Positions 31,378 to 41,908 are shown, numbered from the stretch's first letter. The stretch is 64,000 nt of DNA from Sphaerochaeta sp. (GCA_022482495.1 JAKVPA010000003.1:208905-272904); one strand, 5' to 3'. Numbers and translations are program-made. Notes: generated by a model from the sequence alone, not told the origin.

Positions 31378-32310
31378 TCAAAACAGGGAAAGCTGTTCGG
31401 GAAGGATTTTTTTCGGTTTTTTCTCTGCGGGTTTGTCAGGAAACAGATGCCGGGTGATGTCCCCAGGCTTGTCCACCACAACCACACCGGAACGCGAGGC
31501 AAGCCGACGTGGCCAGAGGAGCGCGTCGTTGTCCACCGAGCTCCGATACAGGAACACGGGACGTCCCGCGTCCAAGGCGAATTCCGCCTGGCTGACCGCC
31601 CCTCCTCCATCACGCTCCTCGATGACCACCACGGCGGAAGCCAACGTGCAGAGCAGACGGTTGGCCAGGGCGAGAAACCATTTCTGTGGGGTCAGCGCCG
31701 GACTGAACCGGCTGACGAGAATCCCCCGTTGGGCGATCTCTTCCTGCAACTTGGCATGCTCCGGGGGATAACAAGAGCCCAGTTCCGTCCCCAGCACGGC
31801 GATGGTCGGCCACCCGTTCTGCAACGCCGCCAGATGGCTGACGCCTTCGATGCCCAGCGCCATACCACTTGCCGTGACGATTCCTTTCTTCCCCAACGTC
31901 TTGACCGTCTCAATGCACAGACGCTTGCCCTCTTCCGAAGGCCTCCGGGTCCCCAGCACGGCGACGGAGACACGACCAAGCAACGATCCATTCCCCCGGG
32001 TGAACAGGAACCGAGGGCAGAATGGGGAATCATGGGTTCCTTTGGGCCATCCCCCATCCTCCCACGTCAGGACATTGACGTCATCCGGGATGGATTCAAA
32101 CGCCGGCCGGCATTTCAGATAGGCATCCGTCAGGACGCGGGAAGAGACGCCGAGCAGCTCGGCGTACCGGTCGATCTCCACCGAGATGTCATCGCTGGTG
32201 TCAAATTCCGCACACGCCTGGCCGAAGGCGGTGACGGCCTTCGCTTCCGAACCTTGGGAAGCGATGACCATCGCCTGGAAATTCAGAGCCCTGCGTACCT
32301 CTTTCCTCAT
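31378..32310 (-). CDS. dprA: DNA-processing protein DprA (Smf)
   Basis: Rossmann-like DprA core VAVLGTRRPSEEG...VTASGMALGIEGVSH...VVVIEE. It is separated from alaS by about 45 bp. Confidence 0.85.
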   Translation of the reverse strand: MRKEVRRALNFQAMVIASQGSEAKAVTAFGQACAEFDTSDDISVEIDRYAELLGVSSRVLTDAYLKCRPAFESIPDDVNVLTWEDGGWPKGTHDSPFCPRFLFTRGNGSLLGRVSVAVLGTRRPSEEGKRLCIETVKTLGKKGIVTASGMALGIEGVSHLAALQNGWPTIAVLGTELGSCYPPEHAKLQEEIAQRGILVSRFSPALTPQKWFLALANRLLCTLASAVVVIEERDGGGAVSQAEFALDAGRPVFLYRSSVDNDALLWPRRLASRSGVVVVDKPGDITRHLFPDKPAEKKPKKILPEQLSLF

Positions 32311-32353
32311 GATTGTACTCTGCCACAGTGGGGCGTCTCTGTCCAGAACAGCT

Positions 32354-33676
32354 TCAGCCTCCGTACTTCCGGTACTGCTCTGCGATGATGCGCAGTCCCG
32401 TCTCCACCTTTTCTTCCGGAGCTGAGTAGTTCAACCTGAGACATTTGGTGAAGTGCGGATGGGGATACGGTTTCCCTTCCTTCTGGTCGGGGTGACCGAA
32501 GAACGAATATTCCCCTGGTACGGTGATGACACCTTGCTGTTTCAGCACTTCGTAGAATTGGCAGGTCGGAAGGGAAAGCCGTGGCAGATACAGCCAGCAG
32601 AAGATGGATCCTTCCATCTTATGATAGGCGTAGTCCGTCCCGGCGAAGAACGTTTCGATCCACTGCTGGGTCTGTCTGGCCCGCTTCTGATAGTACGGCT
32701 GGACGGCATGCTTGGCCAGTTCCACCAGCTTCCCGCTTTCGATGAGAGATCCGGCAAGCACCTGTCCCATCGAACCGCTGGTCAGCGAAACGATGGCGTT
32801 GATGTTGGACAGTGCCGTGATGATCTCCTTCCGGGCGACGACGATCCCGGTGCGGATGGCCGGCAGCCCGATCTTCGAAAGGCTCATCGAAAGGATGATG
32901 TCCTGGTTCCAGATGGGCTCCGCGTGATCGATGAACACGATGTCGGGGAACGGAAGGCCATAGGCGTTGTCCACCAAAAGTGGAATACCATGGGCATGGG
33001 CGAGATCGGAAAGATGATGGATCTCCTGGTCGGTCAGGACGTTGCCCGAGGGATTGGTCGGCCGGGTGACGCAGATGGCGCCCACCTGCCCGTCCTCTCC
33101 TTCGTTTGTATGCGCTTCCAGATACTCCTCAACCAACGGGAAGTCGATGGCGTACTTGAACGTGTGCTCCCCCAGGTAGGTGCATCGGGATGGCAGGCTG
33201 ACGAACGTATCAGGCTCAATTCCCTGATCGGCATACCCCACATACTCTGGCATCAGGGGAAAAAGCACCGTCTTCTTCCACGTATGGCGATCCCGGGTGA
33301 AGGAACCGGAGAATAGGTTGAACAGGTCGAACATGGCGCTCTGCGAGCCGTTCAGCACGGCAACGTTCTCCGGTCCGATCTTCCAGCCATACGTGTGGGA
33401 AAGGTACGAGGAGACCTGCTCGACGAAGCGCATCCTTCCCTGCGGCGCGTCATAATGGGCGATGACGTTCTCAAACGCATCCCCGTCAGCGAGCAGTGCT
33501 TCCATTTCTCTGCGGTACGCAGCTTCCACCTGGGGAATGCGCGCGGGGTTCCCCCCACCAAGCGGGTACGGAGTAACCCCTTTGGGAAGGGGTTTGCCAA
33601 GGTCATCCATCAACGAAAGGATTCCTGACCGCGAGGTCAGTTTACTGCCAAAATCAGAGAGTTCCATGGAAGGCAT
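32354..33676 (-). CDS. avtA: Valine--pyruvate aminotransferase-like PLP-dependent aminotransferase
   Basis: Class I/II aminotransferase fold. The PLP lysine context is SLSKIGLPAIRTG. Length and N-terminus are AvtA-like. Confidence 0.7.
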   Translation of the reverse strand: MPSMELSDFGSKLTSRSGILSLMDDLGKPLPKGVTPYPLGGGNPARIPQVEAAYRREMEALLADGDAFENVIAHYDAPQGRMRFVEQVSSYLSHTYGWKIGPENVAVLNGSQSAMFDLFNLFSGSFTRDRHTWKKTVLFPLMPEYVGYADQGIEPDTFVSLPSRCTYLGEHTFKYAIDFPLVEEYLEAHTNEGEDGQVGAICVTRPTNPSGNVLTDQEIHHLSDLAHAHGIPLLVDNAYGLPFPDIVFIDHAEPIWNQDIILSMSLSKIGLPAIRTGIVVARKEIITALSNINAIVSLTSGSMGQVLAGSLIESGKLVELAKHAVQPYYQKRARQTQQWIETFFAGTDYAYHKMEGSIFCWLYLPRLSLPTCQFYEVLKQQGVITVPGEYSFFGHPDQKEGKPYPHPHFTKCLRLNYSAPEEKVETGLRIIAEQYRKYGG

Positions 33677-33724
33677 CGTACCCAGAAGTCCGGGTTATCG
33701 CAACATCCCAAAGATAAAATAGTG

Positions 33725-34270
33725 TTACGGAAGCGTGGTGAAACTCACCGTGATGGTATCCTTGTACGTTCCGCTCGCCCCATTGGCCGCCGCATTGGCG
33801 TCAATGCCGGAGACGATCAGATCCTTGATGTTGGAACCATTGACGATACCCGTCCAGTAGTACTCATCTCCCTTGGTCAGCTGGTCGCTGCCCAAGTACA
33901 GGTTGAAATCAAGCGGCGTTCCATACCCGCTTTCCGGAGTCAGCTGGAACGCGGTATCACTGGCGGCGTTGTCGGTGAAGGTCATCGACTGGGTGTATGT
34001 TTGGCCTGAGATTCCGTTGGTCAGCACGATGTTCGCCTGGGTGATGGTCGCCTTGTTGCTTCCCACCGCATTTTGGATGCTGAAAGACGACTGCGTGTCG
34101 GTGAAAAAGAACGAAAGCTCAGGAGTGGGCTCTTCAACCTTATCGCCGTAGATCATGCCATTCGCTTCAATATCCGAGTACGCCGCAGAACCGACAACAT
34201 TCGTGGAAGCCGTTCCATCGACGCCATTGACAGGAACATAGGTAGTATAAACATCCGGATTACTTGCCAT
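33725..34270 (-). CDS. Ser/Thr/Gly-rich hypothetical protein with no signal peptide of its own. It may be the C-terminal part of a frameshifted gene that starts at 34887.
   Basis: Its frame stays open for at least 16 codons upstream of its Met, running into the 3' end of the upstream ORF. Confidence 0.45.
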   Translation of the reverse strand: MASNPDVYTTYVPVNGVDGTASTNVVGSAAYSDIEANGMIYGDKVEEPTPELSFFFTDTQSSFSIQNAVGSNKATITQANIVLTNGISGQTYTQSMTFTDNAASDTAFQLTPESGYGTPLDFNLYLGSDQLTKGDEYYWTGIVNGSNIKDLIVSGIDANAAANGASGTYKDTITVSFTTLP

Positions 34271-34275
34271 CGATC

Positions 34276-34887
34276 CTAATCCCGTATTGGCATCATCGCA
34301 ACCGCCACTTTGATCGTAGGAGCCAACCCATTCGGGAAAGTGAGCGTCGTATCTTTTTTGTAATAATTACCCCACGTCTGGAGAGTTCCTGTCGTATTCG
34401 GATCAGGAGTGTTGCAGTTCATCAAATAAAAATCAATTTCCAACGGGTTTACCGTAACCGTGTTCGCACTCCAATTATCGGTGCCTCCAAGAGGTATACT
34501 ACTGTCGCCGTAGAACGGAGAAATCGCCGGAGCAGAACCGCGTCCATTGATGTAGGAAACCGCCACGATCGTAAAAGGCGCATCAACGTATGAATAGGTA
34601 GGATTTGTAGACGGATCAGACCAGGAATACAATCCCCGCACCGTAATGTTGGAACCGTTGGCCACATTGAGAAGCCCAGGCGTATAGATGGTTCCCGCTC
34701 CCTCTGAGGATGTGATGACCAGCGTTCCAATCTTCGCCCCGATGATGCGATCTGAAGTATACGGACCGGGTCTCAAACCAAAATAGATATTGCTATCCGG
34801 CGTATACGTTGCCGTCACCGTTCCAAAACACCCGACGGATACGATGACGAACAGGAGAAGGAATGCGGCGAAACGCTTGGTTATCAT
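34276..34887 (-). CDS. Secreted/lipoprotein-like Ser/Thr-rich protein (possible adhesin or pilin-like)
   Basis: Signal peptide MITKRFAAFLLLFVIVSVGC. It lies directly upstream of 33725..34270 with a 5-nt gap and a different frame. Confidence 0.5.
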   Translation of the reverse strand: MITKRFAAFLLLFVIVSVGCFGTVTATYTPDSNIYFGLRPGPYTSDRIIGAKIGTLVITSSEGAGTIYTPGLLNVANGSNITVRGLYSWSDPSTNPTYSYVDAPFTIVAVSYINGRGSAPAISPFYGDSSIPLGGTDNWSANTVTVNPLEIDFYLMNCNTPDPNTTGTLQTWGNYYKKDTTLTFPNGLAPTIKVAVAMMPIRD

Positions 34888-34899
34888 ATGTCTTCCCAT

Positions 34900-35229
34900 T
34901 TACTGGTAATGTAAACATTTTAGTCGTAAAAGTAAAGATGTAAGGCATCTGTAATAATAATCATCTATCTACGTTTTTTATTATATATTATAAGATATAT
35001 TTGAATTCAAAAAGTTGATACCTGTTTCCCCTTTTCTTCTGTCATATGTATGGTTTTTTTCCTTTTTATGAAGCCTTTCGGATTCCTTGTTTCCTTTTTT
35101 TAAACCGCACGAATAGGATGAACGTACACATCCTCTCCATGTAACCTTCGATTTTCATCAATAAACTATCTTCACAAAGTATGGAAGAAGCAACTACAAT
35201 ACCATACGATCGTTTGTTCTTTTTCTAGG
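34900..35229. promoter_or_regulatory. AT-rich divergent intergenic region between the secreted-protein gene(s) and the capD-like gene
   Basis: 330 bp of markedly AT-rich sequence (tttttattatatattataagatatattt) and a palindrome aggatgaacgtacacatcct. Confidence 0.4.
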
Positions 35230-37133
35230 TTGTCCCTTTTCGTGTTGCGTATCAGAAATCATGGAGTCATTGTTGTGAAATCACATACTTCAAACATCAT
35301 ACGTTTCGTCGTGCTGCTGGCAAGTGATCTCCTTGTTTTGATTCTTACCGGACTCTGGGCCATTTTCCTCACCATTGGGCGATCGGGGAACTTCGTCCTC
35401 GCTTCTTCCCATGATGTTCATCCTTGTCGGCGGAAAGATCGTTGTCGCCTATCTGTTCCGGGTGTACAACATTTCCTTGCGGTACTGTTCGTTGGACCTC
35501 TTGGTCCACAGCCTTGTCTCTCTTTCTGGTGGACTTTGGCAGTGTACCTTGGCTTCGGCCTGAAGGATGGCTTCGCCACCATCCCATCCCGGCTTGCCGC
35601 AAACCTGGCCATGTGGAACTACATCGGCTTTGTCGGGTACCGGGTGTTGTACCGCCTGGTCTATGAAGTCCAAGGGAAAACGAAGGCCCCGCACCACCAA
35701 GCGGGTGATCCTGTATGGCGTCGGAGAATGCGGCAAGGCGTTCATCCGCCACGAAGACCAAGGCAAAACGGACTATGAGATCATCGGGGCACTGGATGAC
35801 GACCCGAAATACTACAAGCGGATCATCCTGGGCAGAAAAGTGCTGGGTACGATCGACGACCTGGAAAAGGTGTACATCCAGTACAAACCTGACCTGTTGA
35901 TCGTCGCCATCTCCTCAGGTATTTCCGCGGAGAAGATGCAGAAGCTCGCCGTCCTGTCCAAACACTATTCAGTGGACGTAAAACTCGCCCCTTCCATGTT
36001 TGAGCTCTCCTCCAGCAACCACAAGTCCGAAATGGACCTTCGTTCGCTGGACTACCCTGACCTGCTCGGCCGTCCGTTGATCTCCATCGACCGCCAGCCG
36101 ATCCTCGACATGATCCAAGGCAAACGGGTGATGGTCACCGGAGCCGGAGGCTCCATCGGCAGCGAGATCTGCCGCCAGCTGAAATCGTTCCATCCCGCCC
36201 AACTGCTTCTGTTGGACATCGATGAGACGGAACTGCACGACTTGTCGCTGGAACTGCACGACTACCAGCAGGAATTCTCCCAGGACATCTTCCCTATCTG
36301 CTGCGACATCAAGAACAAGGAGAAGATCGACGAGATCTTCCGGACGTTCAAGCCGCAGATCGTCTTCCACGCCGCCGCGTACAAGCACGTCCCGATGATG
36401 GAACTCTACCCGGAGGAAGCCATCCGGACCAACATCCCTGGTTCGTACAACATCATGACGGCGGCAAAAGCGAACCACGCCGAGAAGGTCATCGTCATTT
36501 CCACCGACAAGGCGGTCAACCCGACCAACGTGATGGGAGCGACCAAACGTGTCGTCGAGATGGAGGCGGCCCTGCTGACCAGCGACGAGACCCCAATCGT
36601 CTGCGTCCGTTTCGGCAACGTGCTGGGAAGCCGTGGTTCGATGCTTCCCTTGTTCTTCCAACAGATCAAAGGCGGGGGTTCCCATCACCGTGACGGACAA
36701 GAACATCATCCGTTACTTCATGGCGATCCCCGAAGCGGTCGGCCTGGTCTTCCGCGCCGGCGCGATGGGGAACGGCGGAGAAGTGATGGTCCTGGATATG
36801 GGAGAGCCGGTAAAGATCTACGATTTCGCCGAGAAGCTCATCGACATCTATGGGGACAAGGAAAGAAACAAGATCATCATCACCGGCCTTCGCCCCGGCG
36901 AGAAGCTGTATGAGGAGCTGTTGGCCAACAAGGACAACACCATCCCCACCACCAACAAGCGGATCTTCAAGGCGAAGGTCACCGGGACGCTCCAAAAAGA
37001 GACCTTCGAGAAAATGCTTTCCACCATTGAACAGGACGATACCAAGACGCTCCTGGCCAATCTCAATGCCGTTGTCCCGGAGTACACCCCCAAACCGTGC
37101 AAAAGTTGGGAATCCTATACGGAACTGGCATGA
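35230..37133 (+). pseudogene. Polysaccharide biosynthesis protein of the CapD/WbpM/PglF family (membrane-anchored nucleotide-sugar 4,6-dehydratase), disrupted by several frame changes
   Basis: The protein reconstitutes across ORFs 35230, 35375, 35567 and 36633. It has the Rossmann motif VMVTGAGGSIGSE and the YKHVP and ATKRVVE motifs. One shift sits at a G-run (caaaggcgggggttcc, about 36668-36680). Confidence 0.6.
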
Positions 37134-37204
37134 AGGAGAAGGCGGTTTTCTGGCAAAAAGGGTTTACATGAATGAGATAATTTGCTATTCTCTTTCAAGC
37201 GTTC

Positions 37205-37277
<73 letters not shown>

Positions 37278-37284
37278 ATTCCAC

Positions 37285-37314
37285 AACCCCTTACTTCATA
37301 TGAGGTAAGGGGTT
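37285..37314 (+). terminator. 30-bp near-perfect palindrome immediately 3' of tRNA-Phe (terminator or att-like hairpin)
   Basis: aaccccttac t tcatatga g gtaaggggtt, then acgtatttct. Confidence 0.4.
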
Positions 37315-37685
37315 ACGTATTTCTAGGGTACAAGAGACACTCAGAACTTCGCATCGTAACAACCAAAACCTTGGCATTCACCCATAACGGTTGGTACATT
37401 CCAAACAGCAAGAGGAATCTTGCAGGGGGATCGAGCTCCGGCAACCTGAGGTTCGGGGCCTTTTTAGGAAGCCCTGCAAGACGATACAACAACGGGTCAG
37501 TCTTCTTCGGCCAAGAAGTTTGAAACTTGATAATCCCCACAAAAACAGAGCGATGCAATACTTCCTGAGAATGGGAAAGAAGCAATCCGGTAATACCGAT
37601 TTGCAACATTCTCCTTCCCGTTCTCAGGAATCAGGAAGCGGTATACACTCGCCTACACAGACAAAAAGCGTGTCCCTTGATTTTA

Positions 37686-37722
37686 TCTGAAGATTTTACG
37701 CACATGTGCACAAATTCTTCAG
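37686..37722. promoter_or_regulatory. Composite palindromic operator-like site about 110 bp upstream of the COG1373 ATPase gene
   Basis: tctgaagatttt acgcacatgtgcaca aaattcttcaga-like inverted repeat around the perfect palindrome gcacatgtgc. Confidence 0.3.
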
Positions 37723-37831
37723 TCTCTTCCTTCTCCTCCCTGTTTCACCCGACGTTCATGGTCCTCTTCTCTCTATGTTCTGTAATCAATAACTGCAAAC
37801 ACTTGCAAAAATTTATTACAGAAAGGTAGTC

Positions 37832-39019
37832 ATGAACCAGGAAATCAAACGGGATCGATATCTCGACAAATGCATCAAGAGGATGGGAAACGGCCTCATC
37901 AAGGTTATCACAGGTATTCGACGATGTGGCAAATCGTATCTCCTCAACCCTCTTTTCAAAACCCATCTTCTCTCTTCCGGAGTCAAGGAAGACCATATCA
38001 TTGAAATGGCGTTTGACACGAGAGAAAATGTACGATTCCAAAACCCTGACCTGTTTGACGACTGGGTGAATCATCAGATCAAGGATGCGGGAACCTATTA
38101 CCTTCTTCTTGATGAGATTCAGCTCCTTGGTAACTTTGAAGCCGTACTGAACGGATTCCTCAGAAAGAACAATATCGATGTTTACGTGACGGGAAGCAAT
38201 GCCAGATTCCTTTCTGAAGATGTCATCACGGAATTCAGAGGACGTGGCGATGAAATCCATATGGCTCCCCTGAGTTTCTCTGAGTTCATGTCGGTCTTCC
38301 CGGGAGACAAGCGGGACGGCCTGAACGCATATATGCGGTATGGAGGTCTTCCACGTGTGGTTCTCGCCCCGGATGAAGAGCAGAAAATGCTCATGCTTGA
38401 AGCGTTGCTTCGTGAAACCTACCTGACAGATATCATCAACAGGCATCACATCAAGAAACCGGGCGAGATGGCGGAACTTCTTGATATCCTAAGCTTAAAC
38501 ATCGGTAGCCTCACCAACCCATTGACGATCGTCCACACGTTCCATTCCGTGAAAAAATCGACCATCACCCCCGCCACCATCTCACGGTACCTTGGATACC
38601 TTTCCGATTCCTATTTGATCGAGTTTGCCAAGCGGTACGACGTAAAAGGGAAAAAGTACATTGAGACTCCTAAGAAGTATTATTTCTCAGATCTTGGACT
38701 CCGTAATTCCCGAATTCATTTTCGCCAGATCGAACCTTCCCACAGCATGGAGAACATCATCTATAATGAACGGAGAACACGTGGTTTCAACGTTGACGTC
38801 GGCGTGGTGCCAGTATCCGGGAAAAACCGTTCCGGTTCCATGGTACGGAAATAGCTTGAAGTTGACTTTGTCGCCAACAAAGGTTCAAGAAGGTATTCCA
38901 TCCAGTCTGCGTATCTGATGCCGGATGAAGACAAACGGAGACAGGAAATCCGACCGTTTCTCTCCATCGATGATTCCTTCAAAAAAAACATCATCACCCA
39001 GGACACCGCAGGCAAATGA
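37832..39019 (+). pseudogene. COG1373/DUF4143-family AAA ATPase interrupted by an in-frame TAG at 38852..38854
   Basis: Walker A GIRRCGKSYLLN and Walker B YLLLDEIQ. After the TAG the same frame continues LEVDFVANKGSRRYSIQSAYLM...ITQDTAGK, which is the conserved C-terminus of this family. Confidence 0.65.
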
Positions 39020-39180
39020 TATTCCGATGAAGGCATCCTGACGATGAACATCTTTGGTTTCCTGTTGGATGCAAACAGCCTGGAGTACTGACGTTCACCA
39101 GACACGATCCTAGCGGCCACCGCCCCTATGCCTGATGCGCCAGTACGGACTTTCCACGGTACGCTATGGCGTATTACCCT

Positions 39181-40275
39181 TCAACGGTCATGCTCTCCTG
39201 CTTCTTTTTCCTCCGTCTTCGCAAGGATATCCCCCAGCGCCCACCGCACATGCCCGCTCCTGCCTTCCACCGTGGTGGCATGCAACAGGGAGCTGAGCAC
39301 CGCCTCATGGACGGCATCGGCCGTGGCGCGGAAGACGACGTCGATGGCGTTGTCGTCCACCATCCGGAACGGAAGGATCTCGGTCTTGGCGTAATGGGGA
39401 ACAGGGTTGGCCGTCGAGAACGCGATGGCGATCTCCCCGCTGCCGTTGGAAACATACGAGCCGGTGCGGGAAAGCCCGACGGCGGCACGCTTGGCCACCC
39501 GTTGCAGTTGCCTCTCGGACAGGGGAACATCCGTGGCGATGAGGGTGATCACCGAACCGGCGTCACGCTGGGTTGCAAGTTCCTTCCGCAACTGGGGTTC
39601 ATGGGATTGGAGCCACGAGGCGATCTGGGGACCTGCGGGATCATGGCCGATCACCAGATCCTGGAGACGACCGAAGTTTGTCAGGACCAGCGCCCCCACC
39701 ACAAACTCCTTTCCATCCAGCGTCACCAGACGGGAGGATGAACCGATGCCGCCTTTCAGCTGGTGGCAGCTCATCCCCCTCCCTGCTCCGACGGATCCTT
39801 CCTGGAAATCCTCCGCGCAATTTTTCCACGCGGAGAGGACATCCGCCTCGGTGACGGAAAGGGCACGGATGTCGTTGAGGTATCCGTCATTGCACTCGCA
39901 GACCACCGGGTTGACCGTACCGGTCGTGTCGCCAATATCCGGGTTGATCCGAAGCAGTTCCCTCACCACCGCCGTGTACGCCGTCCCGACGCTCAACGTG
40001 TTGGTCAGGACGATCGGGCTCTCCAGCGTCCCCAGTTCGTTGATCTGCACCAGACCGGTGCTCTTGCCAAAGCCGTTGATCACGTGGGAGGCGGCCATCA
40101 CCTTGTCGTGGAAAAGATCCCCCGGATGGGGGAGGACCACCGTCACGCCGGTCTGCACGTCACCGTGGGCGAGCGTGCGGTTGCCCACACGCACCCCCGG
40201 CACGTCGGTGATCAGATTCCTCGTCCCATGGGGGATCCCCCCGATTTTCAACCCTTCCTGTTCCTCCAGTCCCAT
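39181..40275 (-). CDS. DmpA/OAT-family aminopeptidase (peptidase S58)
   Basis: N-terminus GIPHGTRNLITDVPGVRVGN plus the self-processing Gly-Ser/Thr region. High GC. Confidence 0.7.
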   Translation of the reverse strand: MGLEEQEGLKIGGIPHGTRNLITDVPGVRVGNRTLAHGDVQTGVTVVLPHPGDLFHDKVMAASHVINGFGKSTGLVQINELGTLESPIVLTNTLSVGTAYTAVVRELLRINPDIGDTTGTVNPVVCECNDGYLNDIRALSVTEADVLSAWKNCAEDFQEGSVGAGRGMSCHQLKGGIGSSSRLVTLDGKEFVVGALVLTNFGRLQDLVIGHDPAGPQIASWLQSHEPQLRKELATQRDAGSVITLIATDVPLSERQLQRVAKRAAVGLSRTGSYVSNGSGEIAIAFSTANPVPHYAKTEILPFRMVDDNAIDVVFRATADAVHEAVLSSLLHATTVEGRSGHVRWALGDILAKTEEKEAGEHDR

Positions 40276-40279
40276 CTGC

Positions 40280-40483
40280 TCACCCTTCCCCTTTCTCGTT
40301 TGGATCGTCTTTCAGCCCTTTGCGCTTCCGGACACACTCCGTCAACAGGAATTCGATCTGCCCGTTGATCGACCGGAAATCATCCTCCGCCCAGGCGGCG
40401 AGATCCCGCCACAGCGAAGGAGAGAGCCGAAGCAGAATCTGCTTCTTCCCTTCCCCGTTTCCCTTGTCCGCTTCCGTCTTCAT
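40280..40483 (-). CDS. Ribbon-helix-helix (Arc/MetJ-type) DNA-binding protein
   Basis: KKQILLRLSPSLWRDLAAWAEDDFRSINGQIEFLL. The start may be the upstream codon at 40534, which overlaps the SPFH gene. Confidence 0.5.
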   Translation of the reverse strand: MKTEADKGNGEGKKQILLRLSPSLWRDLAAWAEDDFRSINGQIEFLLTECVRKRKGLKDDPNEKGEG

Positions 40484-41478
40484 CAGTAGATCGATCCGCT
40501 GTTGACCACCGGCTGGGCGTCTTTGTTGCCACACAGCACGACCAGCAGGTTGCTGACCATCGCGGCCTTGCGCTCATCGTCCAGCTGGACGACCTTGTGC
40601 TCGCTGAGCTGTCCCAACGCCATCTCCACCATGCCGACGGCGCCCTCGACGATTTTCTGCCGGGCGGCGATGATCGCCGTCGCCTGCTGGCGCTGCAGCA
40701 TCGCAGCGGCGATCTCCGGCGCGTAGGACAGGTGGGTGATCCTGGCTTCTTCCACCCTCAAGCCGGCGATATCCACCTTTTTTTGCAGTTCCTTGGCAAG
40801 ATCATCGGCGACCTCCTGGCTGCTGCCCCGAAGGGATTTCTCCCCTTCCTCATCCGCCGCGTCGTAGGGGAACATCCTGACTACGTTGCGCAGGGCGGCG
40901 TCACACTGGATGGACAGGTACTCGATGTAGTTGTCCACGTTGAACACCGCCTTGGCCGTATCCACAACCCGCCAGACCACCACCACACCGATGACCACCG
41001 GGTTGCCCAGACTGTCATTTACTTTCTGTTTCTGGTTGTTCAGCGTCATCGCCTTCAGGGAAATCTTCCGGTTCGCCATGTTCTTTTTCCCCGTCAACGG
41101 AGAAATCGCCTCGGTGGCGTCTCCGGTGGAAGGCTTGGTTCCCGCCGCCGGATTGAACGCCGTGGCGAACGGATTGACGAAAAAGAATCCGTCCCGTTTG
41201 ATCGTCCAGTAGTACGAACCGAACAGGGTAAGCACCAACGCCTCATTGGGCTTGACCACCTTCAGCCCGGCGTAGAGGATCGGCCCCACCCCGAATCCAT
41301 AGATTCCGGTGACAATCGTCCAGACAAGGTCCATCCCCTCCATCTGCCGGTAGGTCACCAGCAGGCAGAAGACGACGATCGTCGCGGTGACCAGCAACGT
41401 ATTGATCACCAGAGCGGCCATCCCGTTCATCGGCCGGTTTAGCACATGTTCCCTGACATCGGTCAGCTTGGTTTCCAT
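40483..41478 (-). CDS. SPFH/band-7 domain membrane protein
   Basis: N-terminal TM segments, then an SPFH core (...[20 protein letters not shown]...) and a coiled-coil C-terminus. Confidence 0.7.
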   Translation of the reverse strand: METKLTDVREHVLNRPMNGMAALVINTLLVTATIVVFCLLVTYRQMEGMDLVWTIVTGIYGFGVGPILYAGLKVVKPNEALVLTLFGSYYWTIKRDGFFFVNPFATAFNPAAGTKPSTGDATEAISPLTGKKNMANRKISLKAMTLNNQKQKVNDSLGNPVVIGVVVVWRVVDTAKAVFNVDNYIEYLSIQCDAALRNVVRMFPYDAADEEGEKSLRGSSQEVADDLAKELQKKVDIAGLRVEEARITHLSYAPEIAAAMLQRQQATAIIAARQKIVEGAVGMVEMALGQLSEHKVVQLDDERKAAMVSNLLVVLCGNKDAQPVVNSGSIY

Positions 41479-41542
41479 AGGTACTCCTTGTTGATATCAA
41501 TATGATATCATACACATATCATTACAAAGAACCTGGATTCCG

Positions 41543-41908
41543 TCAAGAGATGATCGACTGGGGTTGCAGCACGAGCGGCCGGAACGCGGACATCCGATGG
41601 TAGAACAACAAAGGACTCTGGAACAACGAATCATAATCGGGGAACCCGGCACGGTAACTGGGACCGGAGAACAGGAATACCTGACGTTTCCCGTCCGATT
41701 CCACAAACAGGGCGTATCCATCGGAAGTCATCCGCACCACCCCTTGCCGGATGTGTCCGACAGGATCCCGGACCCATCCGTTTCCTTGGGCATCCAGACA
41801 CAAAACCACCTTGGTACCCTGATATCTCCAGAGGTGGCATTCCGTCCGATAAGATTCAGAGGTTTGGGAGAGTGGGTCAAGAGGGGTATGTGCTCCATTT
41901 TCTTCCAT
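41543..41908 (-). CDS. Hypothetical protein
   Basis: 121-aa ORF with high-GC codon usage. The IS1595 left end lies 38 bp upstream of its start. Confidence 0.35.
   Translation of the reverse strand: MEENGAHTPLDPLSQTSESYRTECHLWRYQGTKVVLCLDAQGNGWVRDPVGHIRQGVVRMTSDGYALFVESDGKRQVFLFSGPSYRAGFPDYDSLFQSPLLFYHRMSAFRPLVLQPQSIIS

Noticed and set aside
35375-35666. Small ORFs 35375..35563 (+) and 35424..35666 (+) as independent genes
   Set aside because: They are alternate-frame pieces of the frameshifted capD-like N-terminal membrane region, not separate genes.
37315-37831. Possible tmRNA, RNase P or SRP RNA in the gene-free tract after tRNA-Phe
   Set aside because: I could find none of the conserved motifs (tmRNA tag-reading frame plus T-arm-like 3' end, RNase P GGAAAGUCCGG, or SRP GGUGCUGUUUACC-like helix). 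It is kept only as a generic candidate in the findings.
39181-41908. hyp-SPFH-RHH-DmpA minus-strand cluster as a novel defence or toxin-antitoxin module
   Set aside because: It has host-like GC, no recognisable toxin or nuclease partner and no NfeD partner. SPFH and DmpA are common housekeeping or peptidase families. No call of a novel system is made, and only the IS insertion upstream is noted.
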